The position numbers and the translations under genes were made by a program. From Bdellovibrionota bacterium (GTDB lineage Bacteria; Bdellovibrionota_C; UBA2361), in NCBI GenBank assembly GCA_044352465.1, contig JBILDU010000017.1, forward strand, positions 1 through 37,275: a stretch of DNA of 37,275 nt. The letters are read 5' to 3'. The notes beneath the pieces were generated by a model that had not been told where the DNA came from, made no database searches, and was given only the letters and a program-made list of their open reading frames with translations. How positions within the stretch are numbered: position 1 is the first letter of the stretch; each line of letters starts with the position of its first letter. Below are positions 19,191-28,170 of this stretch, in pieces.

Positions 19191-20132
19191 ATGGCGCGAA
19201 TTATCGTTACGGGTGGCGCAGGCTTCATCGGTTCACACCTGGTTGATGTGCTGCTCGCTCAGAAACACGAGGTTCTCTGCGTCGACAATTTCTTTACCGG
19301 GCGCAAAGAAAATATCGCGAAACATCTCCAAAACCCCCGTTTTGAATTGATTCGGCACGATGTGATCGAGCCCGTGCTGCTCGAAGCTGATGAAGTTTAT
19401 CATCTCGCCTGCCCAGCCTCTCCGGTGCACTACCAACATAACCCGGTCAAAACGATTAAAACGAACGTTCTCGGAACGATTAATCTTTTAGGTTTAGCGA
19501 AGCGCGTTGGGGCAAAGTTTTTGCTTGCTTCTACCTCGGAGGTATACGGAGACCCGCTCGTGCATCCGCAAGTCGAAAGTTATTGGGGGAATGTGAATCC
19601 CATCGGACCCCGCGCGTGCTACGACGAGGGTAAACGGGTGGCCGAAACCCTTGCGGTGAACTACCACGAACAGAACGGGGTTGATGCCAAGATCATTCGC
19701 ATCTTCAACACGTACGGACCCCGGATGCTTTTTGATGATGGACGGGTCGTCTCGAACTTTATCGTTCAGGCACTGAAAGGGGAGCCCATCACCGTCTACG
19801 GAAAAGGCGACCAGACCCGTTCGTTCTGTTACGTGGATGATCTGGTGCGGGGCATTATCGCCACGATGGAGCGCCCAGGATTTGTCGGTCCGGTGAACCT
19901 GGGTAACCCAAATGAGATGACGATTGTCGAGCTTGCTACGTTGATCCTCGAACTCACCGGTTCGAAATCCAAGCTTGTCTACGAGCCCCTTCCAAAAGAC
20001 GATCCGGTTCGACGGAAGCCAGACATCTCGCTGGCTGAACGGGAGCTCCACTGGAAGCCTACCTATGATGTGCGGGCAGGGCTCACGAAGACTATCGCTG
20101 ATTTCGAAGCACGGCTGCGCACGGAGGGGTAG
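19191..20132 (+). CDS. uxs: UDP-glucuronate decarboxylase (UDP-xylose synthase)
   Basis: [59 protein letters not shown]. Confidence 0.94.
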   Translation: MARIIVTGGAGFIGSHLVDVLLAQKHEVLCVDNFFTGRKENIAKHLQNPRFELIRHDVIEPVLLEADEVYHLACPASPVHYQHNPVKTIKTNVLGTINLLGLAKRVGAKFLLASTSEVYGDPLVHPQVESYWGNVNPIGPRACYDEGKRVAETLAVNYHEQNGVDAKIIRIFNTYGPRMLFDDGRVVSNFIVQALKGEPITVYGKGDQTRSFCYVDDLVRGIIATMERPGFVGPVNLGNPNEMTIVELATLILELTGSKSKLVYEPLPKDDPVRRKPDISLAERELHWKPTYDVRAGLTKTIADFEARLRTEG

Positions 20133-20138
20133 TTCTGT

Positions 20139-21080
20139 ATGGCCAAGGTTATCGTTACCGGCGGCGCCGGTTTTATCGGTTCGCATATCGTGGATCTCCT
20201 TCTCGCGCGGGGCCACGCGGTTGAAGTCATCGACGATCTCTCCTCGGGGCGGGTCGCCAATCTTCCGGCTGCGGTCAAACTGCATCAGCTGGATATTCGC
20301 TCCGTTGAGGCTCGACGCGTTGTCGAGCAGATGAAGCCGGATGGGATCATTCACGCGGCCGCCCAGATGTCGGTACGAATGAGTATGGAAGATCCGACCT
20401 TCGATACCTCGGTGAACGTCTCTGGACTCGTTAATATCCTCGACGCGCTCTCACGCTCGCGGAGTAGCGCGGCTGCGGCACCTTTCTTCGTCTTTCTCTC
20501 GACGGGTGGAGCGATTTACGGTGAACAAGAAAGCTTCCCCGCGACCGAGGCGCACCGCCTCCAACCCGCCAGTGTTTACGGTCTCTCCAAGCGAGTCGGT
20601 GAGCTCTACCTCGATTTTTGGGCGCGCGAACTCAACCTGCCTTTCGCCGCATTACGTCTCGGTAACGTGTACGGACCGCGGCAGAACCCCCACGGCGAAG
20701 CTGGGGTCGTGGCGATCTTCAATCAGAAGCTTCTGCGCGGAGAGACCCCAACGATTAACGGCTCGGGGGAGCAGACCCGCGATTTCGTCTATGTGAGCGA
20801 TGTCGCTCGCGCGGTCGTCACTGCGTTCGAGAAGCGGGTGAGCGGGATATTCAATGTGGGCACCGGAAAAGAGACCTCGGTCAACGCGCTCTATGCCCTA
20901 ATCGGTGACGCGGTGGGGCATCGCCCGAGCCCGCAGCGGGTTGCGGCGAAGGCGGGGGAGCAGATGCGAAGCGTTATCGACGCGAGTGCGGCGGATAGAG
21001 CGCTCGACTGGCGGCCAGAGGTTTCGCTGGAACGTGGTCTAGAATCCACAACGGCGTGGTTTCGCTCGGCGAACGGCTAA
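20139..21080 (+). CDS. NAD-dependent epimerase/dehydratase (UDP-glucose 4-epimerase-like)
   Basis: [43 protein letters not shown]. Confidence 0.92.
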   Translation: MAKVIVTGGAGFIGSHIVDLLLARGHAVEVIDDLSSGRVANLPAAVKLHQLDIRSVEARRVVEQMKPDGIIHAAAQMSVRMSMEDPTFDTSVNVSGLVNILDALSRSRSSAAAAPFFVFLSTGGAIYGEQESFPATEAHRLQPASVYGLSKRVGELYLDFWARELNLPFAALRLGNVYGPRQNPHGEAGVVAIFNQKLLRGETPTINGSGEQTRDFVYVSDVARAVVTAFEKRVSGIFNVGTGKETSVNALYALIGDAVGHRPSPQRVAAKAGEQMRSVIDASAADRALDWRPEVSLERGLESTTAWFRSANG

Positions 21081-21167
21081 ATTGCAGCGCGGGCCCTCGG
21101 AGGGCTATTGAGACGGGGCCCCGTGGGTTTGTTTCGTGTTCTGAATAAAACAGCGCTGGTGCGCGGA

Positions 21168-21196
21168 TTGACTTCACCCGACCTTCTGTTTACGAT
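21168..21196 (+). promoter_or_regulatory. sigma70 promoter of the aro operon
   Basis: TTGACT(21168-21173)-17 nt-TACGAT(21191-21196), upstream of aroF. Confidence 0.6.
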
Positions 21197-21264
21197 CCTC
21201 TTCTAGTCAAAGTTCCGGTTATTTCGGCGGGTTGAGTCCGCCGGTACCTTTCCGTTTCGGATGT

Positions 21265-22071
21265 ATGAAAAAGCAGTGGAACGATAACGGTGCGCGGCTG
21301 GTGAGCCGCGCGGGGCGCGATGGCGATACGATCGTCCGAGTACGAGCGGTGTCGTTTGGTGGCGATAGCTTCACTGTCATCGGGGGGCCGTGTGCGGTTG
21401 AGTCGGCCGATCAGATTAATCGATGTGCCGAGCTCAACGCTTCGTTGGGCGTTCATATGTTGCGGGGCGGTTGTTTCAAGCCCCGTACCTCGCCGTACAC
21501 TTTTGCGGGGCTCGGTGCCGAGGGAGTTCGGCTCCTCGCTGAAGCGGGGGGGCGGTTCGGCCTGCCCGTGGTGACCGAAGTCGGGTCGCAGGAGGAGATC
21601 GATCTGGTGCTTGAGGCTACCGATATGTTGCAGATCGGTTCGCGCAACATGTCGAATTTTAATCTACTCAAACTCGTCGGTCGAACCCGCAAGCCGGTCT
21701 TGTTAAAGCGTGGTATGAGCGCGACGGTCGATGAGTTTCTGTTGGCCGCTGAACATATCATGGCGGCGGGAAACGAGAATGTGGTGCTCTGCGAGCGCGG
21801 CATCCGTACGTTTGAGACCTCGACACGCGCCACACTCGATATCAGTGCGGTCCCGGTATTACGTGAGCGAACCCACCTGCCGATCATCGTGGACCCCTCG
21901 CATGCCGCCGGGATTCGCTCCCTTGTCGCGCCCCTCTCCCGAGCGGCGAAGGCCGTGGGCGCTCACGGAATCATCGTTGAGTACCACCCCGATCCTGATC
22001 AAGCACTGAGCGATGGTCCTCAATCGCTCAGCTTCCCACAGTTTGAGGCGCTCGCGCGGGAGCTCCTTTGA
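21265..22071 (+). CDS. aroF: DAHP synthase type I-beta, catalytic barrel only
   Basis: IGGPCAVES, LRGGCFKPRTSPYTF, QIGSRNMSNF, LLKRGMSAT, LCERGIRTFE, IVDPSH, ALSDG. ATG 21265 preferred. Confidence 0.94.
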   Translation: MKKQWNDNGARLVSRAGRDGDTIVRVRAVSFGGDSFTVIGGPCAVESADQINRCAELNASLGVHMLRGGCFKPRTSPYTFAGLGAEGVRLLAEAGGRFGLPVVTEVGSQEEIDLVLEATDMLQIGSRNMSNFNLLKLVGRTRKPVLLKRGMSATVDEFLLAAEHIMAAGNENVVLCERGIRTFETSTRATLDISAVPVLRERTHLPIIVDPSHAAGIRSLVAPLSRAAKAVGAHGIIVEYHPDPDQALSDGPQSLSFPQFEALARELL

Positions 22072-23177
22072 TGTCGTCTGATCGCATCTACAAGGTTCCC
22101 GTTATCAGCAACAGTAATGGGTATCGCTCCTCCTACACGGTTACCATCGGTGCCGGGCTCCTTGGACGGCTGAGCGAACTCATCATGTTCGAAAAGTTTT
22201 CGAGCGTTGGTCTTATCGTCGATGAGACGGTGAAGGATCTGTGGCTCGAACCGGTCATCGATTCGGTCTGTCGGCCGGTTACCGTTTTTGCAATACCACA
22301 AGGAGAGGATCAGAAATCGATTGAGATGACTCAACTACTGTGGCGTGAGTTCAGCGCCACGAAGCTCGACCGAGCGTCGATCATCTTGTGCCTCGGGGGC
22401 GGGGTTGTGACCGATCTCGGGGGGTTCGCTGCCGCAACGTTCATGCGGGGGATCGCCTGTGTCCACCTCCCGACGACGCTCCTTGGGCAGGTCGACGCCT
22501 CCGTCGGTGGAAAAGTCGGAATAAACTTCGATGGTCAGAAGAATCTCATCGGCGCTTTTGCCACGCCGCATGGAGTCATCGCCGATACAACGGTATTGGA
22601 GACACTGCCTGAGGTCGAGCGACGGAGTGGCTTGGCTGAGATGATTAAGCACGCGCTCGCGTTTGACCGCGACTACGCCGATGATCTGACCGACCTCGAC
22701 CCGCGTCTGCCCTTGCCTGCCGAGACGGCGCGGCTGGTTGCCCGTTCGGTGGAGTTGAAAGCCGCGATCGTTGAGCGGGATGAGCGCGAGGTCGGAATTC
22801 GGCGACTCTTAAATCTTGGCCACACGGTGGGTCATGCGCTTGAATCGTTGAGTCATGAAACGGAGAAACCGCTGCGTCATGGCGAGGCGGTGGCAATCGG
22901 CCTCGTCGCCGAGGCCCGGATCGCGGAGCTCGTGGGGCTACTGTCAGCGCGGGACCGGGCGCAGGTAAAGACCTTGATCGGTCGATTCGAACTGCCGGTT
23001 CGGCTCGATTGGGCGGTGTCCTCGGAAAAGGTCATCGACCGCATACTGCAAGACAAGAAGGTCTACGGTGGTGTTGTGCGGTGGCCGCTTCTCAGCGCCA
23101 TCGGTTCAGCGAAGCTCGATGTCGATGTGCCGCTCGATATCGTGCGCCAAGGTGTCGCCTATGTGGCCGGCTCTTAA
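22071..23177 (+). CDS. aroB: 3-dehydroquinate synthase
   Basis: GGGVVTDLGGF, PTTLLGQVDASVGGK, GLAEMIKH, LNLGHTVGHALE, HGEAV, DKK. Confidence 0.95.
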   Translation: MSSDRIYKVPVISNSNGYRSSYTVTIGAGLLGRLSELIMFEKFSSVGLIVDETVKDLWLEPVIDSVCRPVTVFAIPQGEDQKSIEMTQLLWREFSATKLDRASIILCLGGGVVTDLGGFAAATFMRGIACVHLPTTLLGQVDASVGGKVGINFDGQKNLIGAFATPHGVIADTTVLETLPEVERRSGLAEMIKHALAFDRDYADDLTDLDPRLPLPAETARLVARSVELKAAIVERDEREVGIRRLLNLGHTVGHALESLSHETEKPLRHGEAVAIGLVAEARIAELVGLLSARDRAQVKTLIGRFELPVRLDWAVSSEKVIDRILQDKKVYGGVVRWPLLSAIGSAKLDVDVPLDIVRQGVAYVAGS

Positions 23178-24975
23178 GGTCATTCCGACCGCTCACCCCC
23201 TGAAAGGTGTCGTGGAGGTTCCCGGCTCAAAGAGTTCGGGGGCCCGTCTTCTCATCGCCGCTGCGCTCGCGGAGGGAGAGTCGCTCATTCGTGGCCTCCC
23301 CCGTAACGACGATATCGAGGTGCTCATCGCTGCTCTGGTGAATCTCGGGATCGGTGTCGCGAGCGACCGCGACTGCGTGAAGGTGACGGGCCAGGGGGGA
23401 CGTTTCCGCGCTCCCGGAGGAACGATCGATATTCACCGTTCCGGAACCGCGCTACGGTTCCTTTTACCCCTCATCGCCATGGGCAGCGGTGCCCCGACAG
23501 TCCTGGACGGCGATTCCCGGCTGCGGGAACGTCCAGTCAAGCCCTTGGTCGAAGCGCTCTGCTCCCTCGGTTGTCTTATCGAAACTGAGGGCGCGGCGGC
23601 CCCGGTTGCGATTTCACCTGCGGGTATACCGGCGGGTGGTGCGGTCAGTCTCGATGCTACGGTGAGTAGCCAGTTTATCTCTGCGCTCCTTTTGGTGGGG
23701 CCACTTTTTCCGAACGGTCTTACCCTCAACCTCGTGGGTGCCCCTGTGTCGCGACCGTATCTCGAGCTTACGATCGAGCAGATGCGGCGGTGCGGGGTCG
23801 CGGTCGATAAGGTGAACGGCGAGGCGGGACTTTCTCTGCGGGTCTCCCCGCAAAAATATCGTGCGGCGGAATATGTTGTGCCCCCCGATGCCTCGACGGC
23901 GAGTTATTTTTGGGCCATCGGCGGAATCACCAACGGGGAGATCACCGTGCGGGGTCTCGATGTGGGGTCGCGTGAGCCTGACATGCAGGTGGCGATGGCG
24001 TTAGCGCAGATGGGGTGTGGGCTCGCCGGGGGGCGGGGGATCACCGTTGGGGGGCGGGGAAAGCTTCGCGCGATAACGGTTGACGGCGCACCTTTTCCCG
24101 ACGGGGCCATCACGGTCGCAGGCGTCGCCGCATTTGCAGATGGGGAGACTCGAATCGGGGGGCTCCGGACGTTGCGCTTCAAAGAGTCGGACCGGCTCAG
24201 CGCGGTTGTCGAGTTGCTCACGACTCTCGGGGTGGGGACGCGTGTTGAGGATGACGCGCTGTTTATTCGTGGTGGTGTCCCCCACGGCGGGCGTATCAAA
24301 ACCCACAACGATCACCGCTTGGCGATGATCGGCGGGGTCTTTGGGGCGCGGGTCGCGGGGGTTGAGATCGAAGCTCCCCATGTTGTTCGAAAATCGTGTC
24401 CCGAGTATTGGCGCTTGCTCGCCTCGTTAGGGGTTCGAACGGTCTGGGTGACGCCCCCCCTCGTCGCGCTTGTCGGTTTCATGGGTGCGGGGAAGACGAC
24501 CGTTGGGACGCTTTTAGGGCGTGAGCTTGGGATTCCCGTACTGGAGCTGGATGAGATGATTCGGGAAAAAGCCCACGCCGATTCGATCGCTGCGCTCTTC
24601 GAACAGGAGGGCGAGGCGGGGTTCCGTGAACGCGAACACGTGGCGCTGCAAGAGGCTTTGAGCGTCCTTCGGGCAACGGGAGGGGTGATCTCGACCGGCG
24701 GTGGCGTCGTCGAGCGTTCAGATAACACGGCGCTCCTCAGCGCTCACGCAACGGTGGTTCATTTAAATGCCCAATTCGGTACGATCGCAGCTCGGCTGGG
24801 CAACGATGAGGCGCGTCCCCTGTGGCGGAATCGTGATGCGGCGCGCGCTCTTTTCGAATCTCGAGCTTCGCGCTACCGTGCGGTGGCGGACCTCACCGTC
24901 GACACCGACGCTCTTTCGGCGAGCGATGTGGCTCGCGTCGTGGGTGAGCTTTGGTGTGAAGGAGTAGGACTGTGA
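23161..24975 (+). CDS. aroA: Bifunctional EPSP synthase / shikimate kinase (AroA-AroK fusion)
   Basis: AroA motifs PGSKS, SGTALRF, RERP, SSQFISALL, SRPY, RFKESDR, DHRLAM and KSCP continue without a stop into shikimate kinase motifs LVGFMGAGKTTVG, GEAGFRERE, ISTGGG and RPL. ATG 23161 preferred. Confidence 0.92.
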   Translation: MWPALKVIPTAHPLKGVVEVPGSKSSGARLLIAAALAEGESLIRGLPRNDDIEVLIAALVNLGIGVASDRDCVKVTGQGGRFRAPGGTIDIHRSGTALRFLLPLIAMGSGAPTVLDGDSRLRERPVKPLVEALCSLGCLIETEGAAAPVAISPAGIPAGGAVSLDATVSSQFISALLLVGPLFPNGLTLNLVGAPVSRPYLELTIEQMRRCGVAVDKVNGEAGLSLRVSPQKYRAAEYVVPPDASTASYFWAIGGITNGEITVRGLDVGSREPDMQVAMALAQMGCGLAGGRGITVGGRGKLRAITVDGAPFPDGAITVAGVAAFADGETRIGGLRTLRFKESDRLSAVVELLTTLGVGTRVEDDALFIRGGVPHGGRIKTHNDHRLAMIGGVFGARVAGVEIEAPHVVRKSCPEYWRLLASLGVRTVWVTPPLVALVGFMGAGKTTVGTLLGRELGIPVLELDEMIREKAHADSIAALFEQEGEAGFREREHVALQEALSVLRATGGVISTGGGVVERSDNTALLSAHATVVHLNAQFGTIAARLGNDEARPLWRNRDAARALFESRASRYRAVADLTVDTDALSASDVARVVGELWCEGVGL

Positions 24976-25790
24976 TCACCGGTAATACAAAGGTGTGCGT
25001 TATCTTCGGCGACCCGGTCGCCCATACCCTCTCCCCGGCTTTTCACGCCGCCGGTTATCGGGCGCTGGGGATTGAGCATGACTATACATTTGTCGCCGCC
25101 CGGGTGACCGCTACCGACCTGCCGAAAGCGATTTCGGGAGCGCGAGCGATGAATCTCCACGCGATCACCTGCACGATGCCGCACAAGGAGGCGGTGGTGC
25201 GGCTCCTCGACGGGGTCGATGAAGCTGCTCAAAGCATCGGTGCGGTGAATTCGATTGTGAATCGGGCGGGGCGTTTTCTCGGGTATAATACTGACTGGTT
25301 GGGAATTCGAAATTCGCTGGAGCGTCGCCGCGCTCTCCGCGGAGCCAAGGTCGTCGTTCTGGGAGCAGGTGGGACGGCACGAGCGGCCGTGTTCGGACTC
25401 ACGAATGCGGGGGCAGAGGTCACGATTTTGAATCGCTCCGTGGATCGGGCTGAGGCACTCGCGCTTGAGTTCGGGTGCGCGGGGGGCGACCTCAGTGCCG
25501 CTGAACCGCTGCAGCGAGCGGATATCGTTGTCCAAACGACCTCGGTCGGATTAAGCGATGAGTTGGCGAATCCCATCCCGGGGGCTCCTTTTCGCGCCGA
25601 TCAGTTGGTGCTTGATGTGATCTATCGCCCCCAGATGACCTCGTTTCTTCGCGCGGCGCAGTCGGTGGGGGCCACGATAATTACTGGGGAGGAGGTCTTC
25701 ATCGAGCAGGGGATCGCCCAGTTCGAGCTTTTTACCGGACTGACTCCACCCCGGGGGCCTCTTGAAGCTGTTTTGCGGAGCGCGCAGTGA
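24972..25790 (+). CDS. aroE: Shikimate dehydrogenase
   Basis: GDPVAHTLSP, TMPHKE, GAVNSI, GYNTD, LGAGGTARA, NRS, EQGIAQFELFTG. Confidence 0.95.
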   Translation: MITGNTKVCVIFGDPVAHTLSPAFHAAGYRALGIEHDYTFVAARVTATDLPKAISGARAMNLHAITCTMPHKEAVVRLLDGVDEAAQSIGAVNSIVNRAGRFLGYNTDWLGIRNSLERRRALRGAKVVVLGAGGTARAAVFGLTNAGAEVTILNRSVDRAEALALEFGCAGGDLSAAEPLQRADIVVQTTSVGLSDELANPIPGAPFRADQLVLDVIYRPQMTSFLRAAQSVGATIITGEEVFIEQGIAQFELFTGLTPPRGPLEAVLRSAQ

Positions 25791-26503
25791 TCGGGGTCGA
25801 TTCTCACCCGTTCTGCATCCCGTTGATCGTGGACTCCCTCGGAGAGATCGAGGCAACCTTAGAGAAACACGGCCACGAGACCCGCTACCTGGAGGTTTGG
25901 CTCGAGTACGTGCGGGACCGTACCCCGGAGAAAGTCGTGCAGCTTGCGCGCGCCAACCCCGGGCGATTTGTCTTCCATTTTCGGCGGTGTGAGCTGGCCC
26001 CGATCGAGACCTCCCTACAGGACCGGCTCGCCTTTTGGGAGGCGCTGCTTCCTCTCGATGTTTTTATCGACCTCGATGTGAATTCCCAACGAAGTGAGAT
26101 CGACTTCGTGCGCACCCACGGTCGCCGGGCCACCGGTATCGCCTCGTATCATAACTACGCCGCAACGCCGTCGCTTCCCGAGCTCCGCGCCATTGCGCGG
26201 CGTCTCCACCTCGAGTGGCCCGATGCGGTCGTCAAACTCGCGACGTTTTGTACGTCGCCCGATGAGAGCGAGAGCCTCATTCGACTTGAGCGCGAGCTTA
26301 CAGAGGAGACGATTTCTCACATCGTTGTTGGGATGGGTGAGTACGGCCGTGTGACTCGGATCGCGGGGGCGCGCGGCGGGAATCTCATGAATTTCACCCC
26401 GCTCACCTTAGAGGCTCGCTCAGCCGCCGGACAGATACCTCTTGGTGCCTTTCGGGAGGAGCTCGAGCGGGCCGAAACCGCGGCCAAGACCCCAGAGAGT
26501 TAG
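25787..26503 (+). CDS. aroD: Type I 3-dehydroquinate dehydratase
   Basis: IASYHNYAATP, VVKLA (Schiff-base Lys), GMGEYGRVTRI, SAAGQI; operon context. Confidence 0.88.
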   Translation: MIGVDSHPFCIPLIVDSLGEIEATLEKHGHETRYLEVWLEYVRDRTPEKVVQLARANPGRFVFHFRRCELAPIETSLQDRLAFWEALLPLDVFIDLDVNSQRSEIDFVRTHGRRATGIASYHNYAATPSLPELRAIARRLHLEWPDAVVKLATFCTSPDESESLIRLERELTEETISHIVVGMGEYGRVTRIAGARGGNLMNFTPLTLEARSAAGQIPLGAFREELERAETAAKTPES

Positions 26504-26556
26504 AGGGATAAAGAACCTATTGGACGGGGTGCGCCCCGCCGCGCTACCGTTGCGAC

Positions 26557-28044
26557 ATGAGTATCGATCGATTTTATTCGCTTGAAATTTTGGGTGCCCA
26601 TGTAGGGGGGGAGGTTGTGCCTGCTTCCGCGCGGGGCATTTCGGTGAGCGCCGTGACTGCCTCGAGTGAAACCCCGCCGCCGCGAGCGCTCTTCGCCGCA
26701 CTCAAAGGTGTCCGGGCCGACGGCCATGCCTTCGTTCAGCGGGCGATCTCGAACGGTTGTGTCGGGGCTCTGGTGAGCGATCCCGCCACTCTCGGCGATG
26801 CCCCCGGGTTGGTAGTAAAGGATACCCGCACAGCGTACGGAAAGATCGCTGCGTTCCTCGCTGGTTCCCCGTCAGAGCAGATGCGGGTTATCGGAATCAC
26901 CGGGACCAACGGCAAGACCACGACTCATTGGCTCCTGTATCATGCGCTTAATTATTTGGGTACCCCATGTATCCGAATAGGTACCCTCGGAGTCGCCGCG
27001 GAGCGTGTGCTGAACCTCCCCGGTGGGCTGACGACTCCCGACCCGGAGCTCGTTCACACTGTGCTCAAGCAAGCGCTTCAAGCAAAGTGCAACACCGCGG
27101 TGTTTGAGGTCTCGTCCCACGCCCTCGATCAAGCGCGGGTCGATGCGGTGTGTTTTGATGTGGGAGTTTTTACAAACCTGACGCGCGATCACCTTGACTA
27201 TCACGGCACGATGGAGGCGTATTTCGCGGCAAAAAAGAGGTTGTTTCATCTCGTGGCGGATTCGCCCAAGCGAACTCGGGGCGCGGTGATTAATCTCGAT
27301 GATCCGGTGGGGCCGGGGCTTCAGCGTGAAGTTCTCGCGCTCTCCCTGAACGATTTCTCTTTTGGCTTCTCGCCGGATGCGCCGCTGCGTATCCGGAGCT
27401 TCTCGCAAACAATCGCGGGTAGCGAGGTGACCCTTGAGTGGCAGGGCAAGGTGGCGACGATTCGCTCCCGGTTTGTGGGGCGCCATAACGCCTCGAATCT
27501 GGCGGCTGCATGTGGGGCACTGCTCGCCCTGCATGCACCGCTTGATGTGGCTGCGCGCGCCCTTGAATCGGTGCCGGAGGTTCCGGGGCGCCTTGAGCGG
27601 GTGCCCGCGAGGGAGCTCGGAATATTTGTCGATTACGCTCATACCCCCGATGCGCTTGAGAAAGCGCTCCAAACCCTGCGCGAGGTTACCACGGGGAAGC
27701 TCTGGGTGGTTTTCGGGTGTGGTGGGGATCGTGACAAAGGGAAGCGCCCGCAAATGGGGCTTGTTGCCCAAAAGCTCGCCGACCGAGTGGTCGTTACCTC
27801 CGATAATCCTCGTTCCGAGGTGCCGGGGGTGATCATCGACGATATCCTTGCTTCTGGAATTACCCCTTTTCTCGTTGAGACCGATCGGCGCCGCGCTATC
27901 GTCGGGGCTGTTACCGGCGCCGCACCGGGGGACCTCATCCTCATCGCCGGGAAGGGGCATGAGGATTACCAGATCGTCGGTACCGAAAAACTTCATTTCT
28001 CCGATGTTGAAGAGGCCTTGAATGCGTTAAAGTTGCGGTATTAG
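26557..28044 (+). CDS. murE: UDP-MurNAc-tripeptide (meso-DAP) ligase
   Basis: GITGTNGKTT, EVSSHAL, NLTRDHLDYH, VDYAHTPDAL, FGCGGDRDKGKR, TSDNPR, AGKGHE. Confidence 0.96.
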   Translation: MSIDRFYSLEILGAHVGGEVVPASARGISVSAVTASSETPPPRALFAALKGVRADGHAFVQRAISNGCVGALVSDPATLGDAPGLVVKDTRTAYGKIAAFLAGSPSEQMRVIGITGTNGKTTTHWLLYHALNYLGTPCIRIGTLGVAAERVLNLPGGLTTPDPELVHTVLKQALQAKCNTAVFEVSSHALDQARVDAVCFDVGVFTNLTRDHLDYHGTMEAYFAAKKRLFHLVADSPKRTRGAVINLDDPVGPGLQREVLALSLNDFSFGFSPDAPLRIRSFSQTIAGSEVTLEWQGKVATIRSRFVGRHNASNLAAACGALLALHAPLDVAARALESVPEVPGRLERVPARELGIFVDYAHTPDALEKALQTLREVTTGKLWVVFGCGGDRDKGKRPQMGLVAQKLADRVVVTSDNPRSEVPGVIIDDILASGITPFLVETDRRRAIVGAVTGAAPGDLILIAGKGHEDYQIVGTEKLHFSDVEEALNALKLRY

Positions 28045-28170
28045 GAGTGGCGATATTCTGTGATTGAGGTCGACTTTTTGCTGGGTTGCTGCGGCTCCGC
28101 GGGGTTACTTGGTGTGAGTCAGCAGAGAGCCGAAGCGCCCCTTTGAAATCAACTCTAGTTTTCGTCTGCT

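Noticed and set aside
23068..23177. Possible programmed frameshift fusing AroB to AroA-AroK
   Set aside because: The aroA frame is open upstream, but I see no slippery heptamer. ATG 23161 gives a normal AroA N-terminus, so this is simple translational coupling.
28060..28146. 28-codon GTG ORF in the murE-murF gap
   Set aside because: Poorly spaced RBS and no recognisable features; cannot be supported
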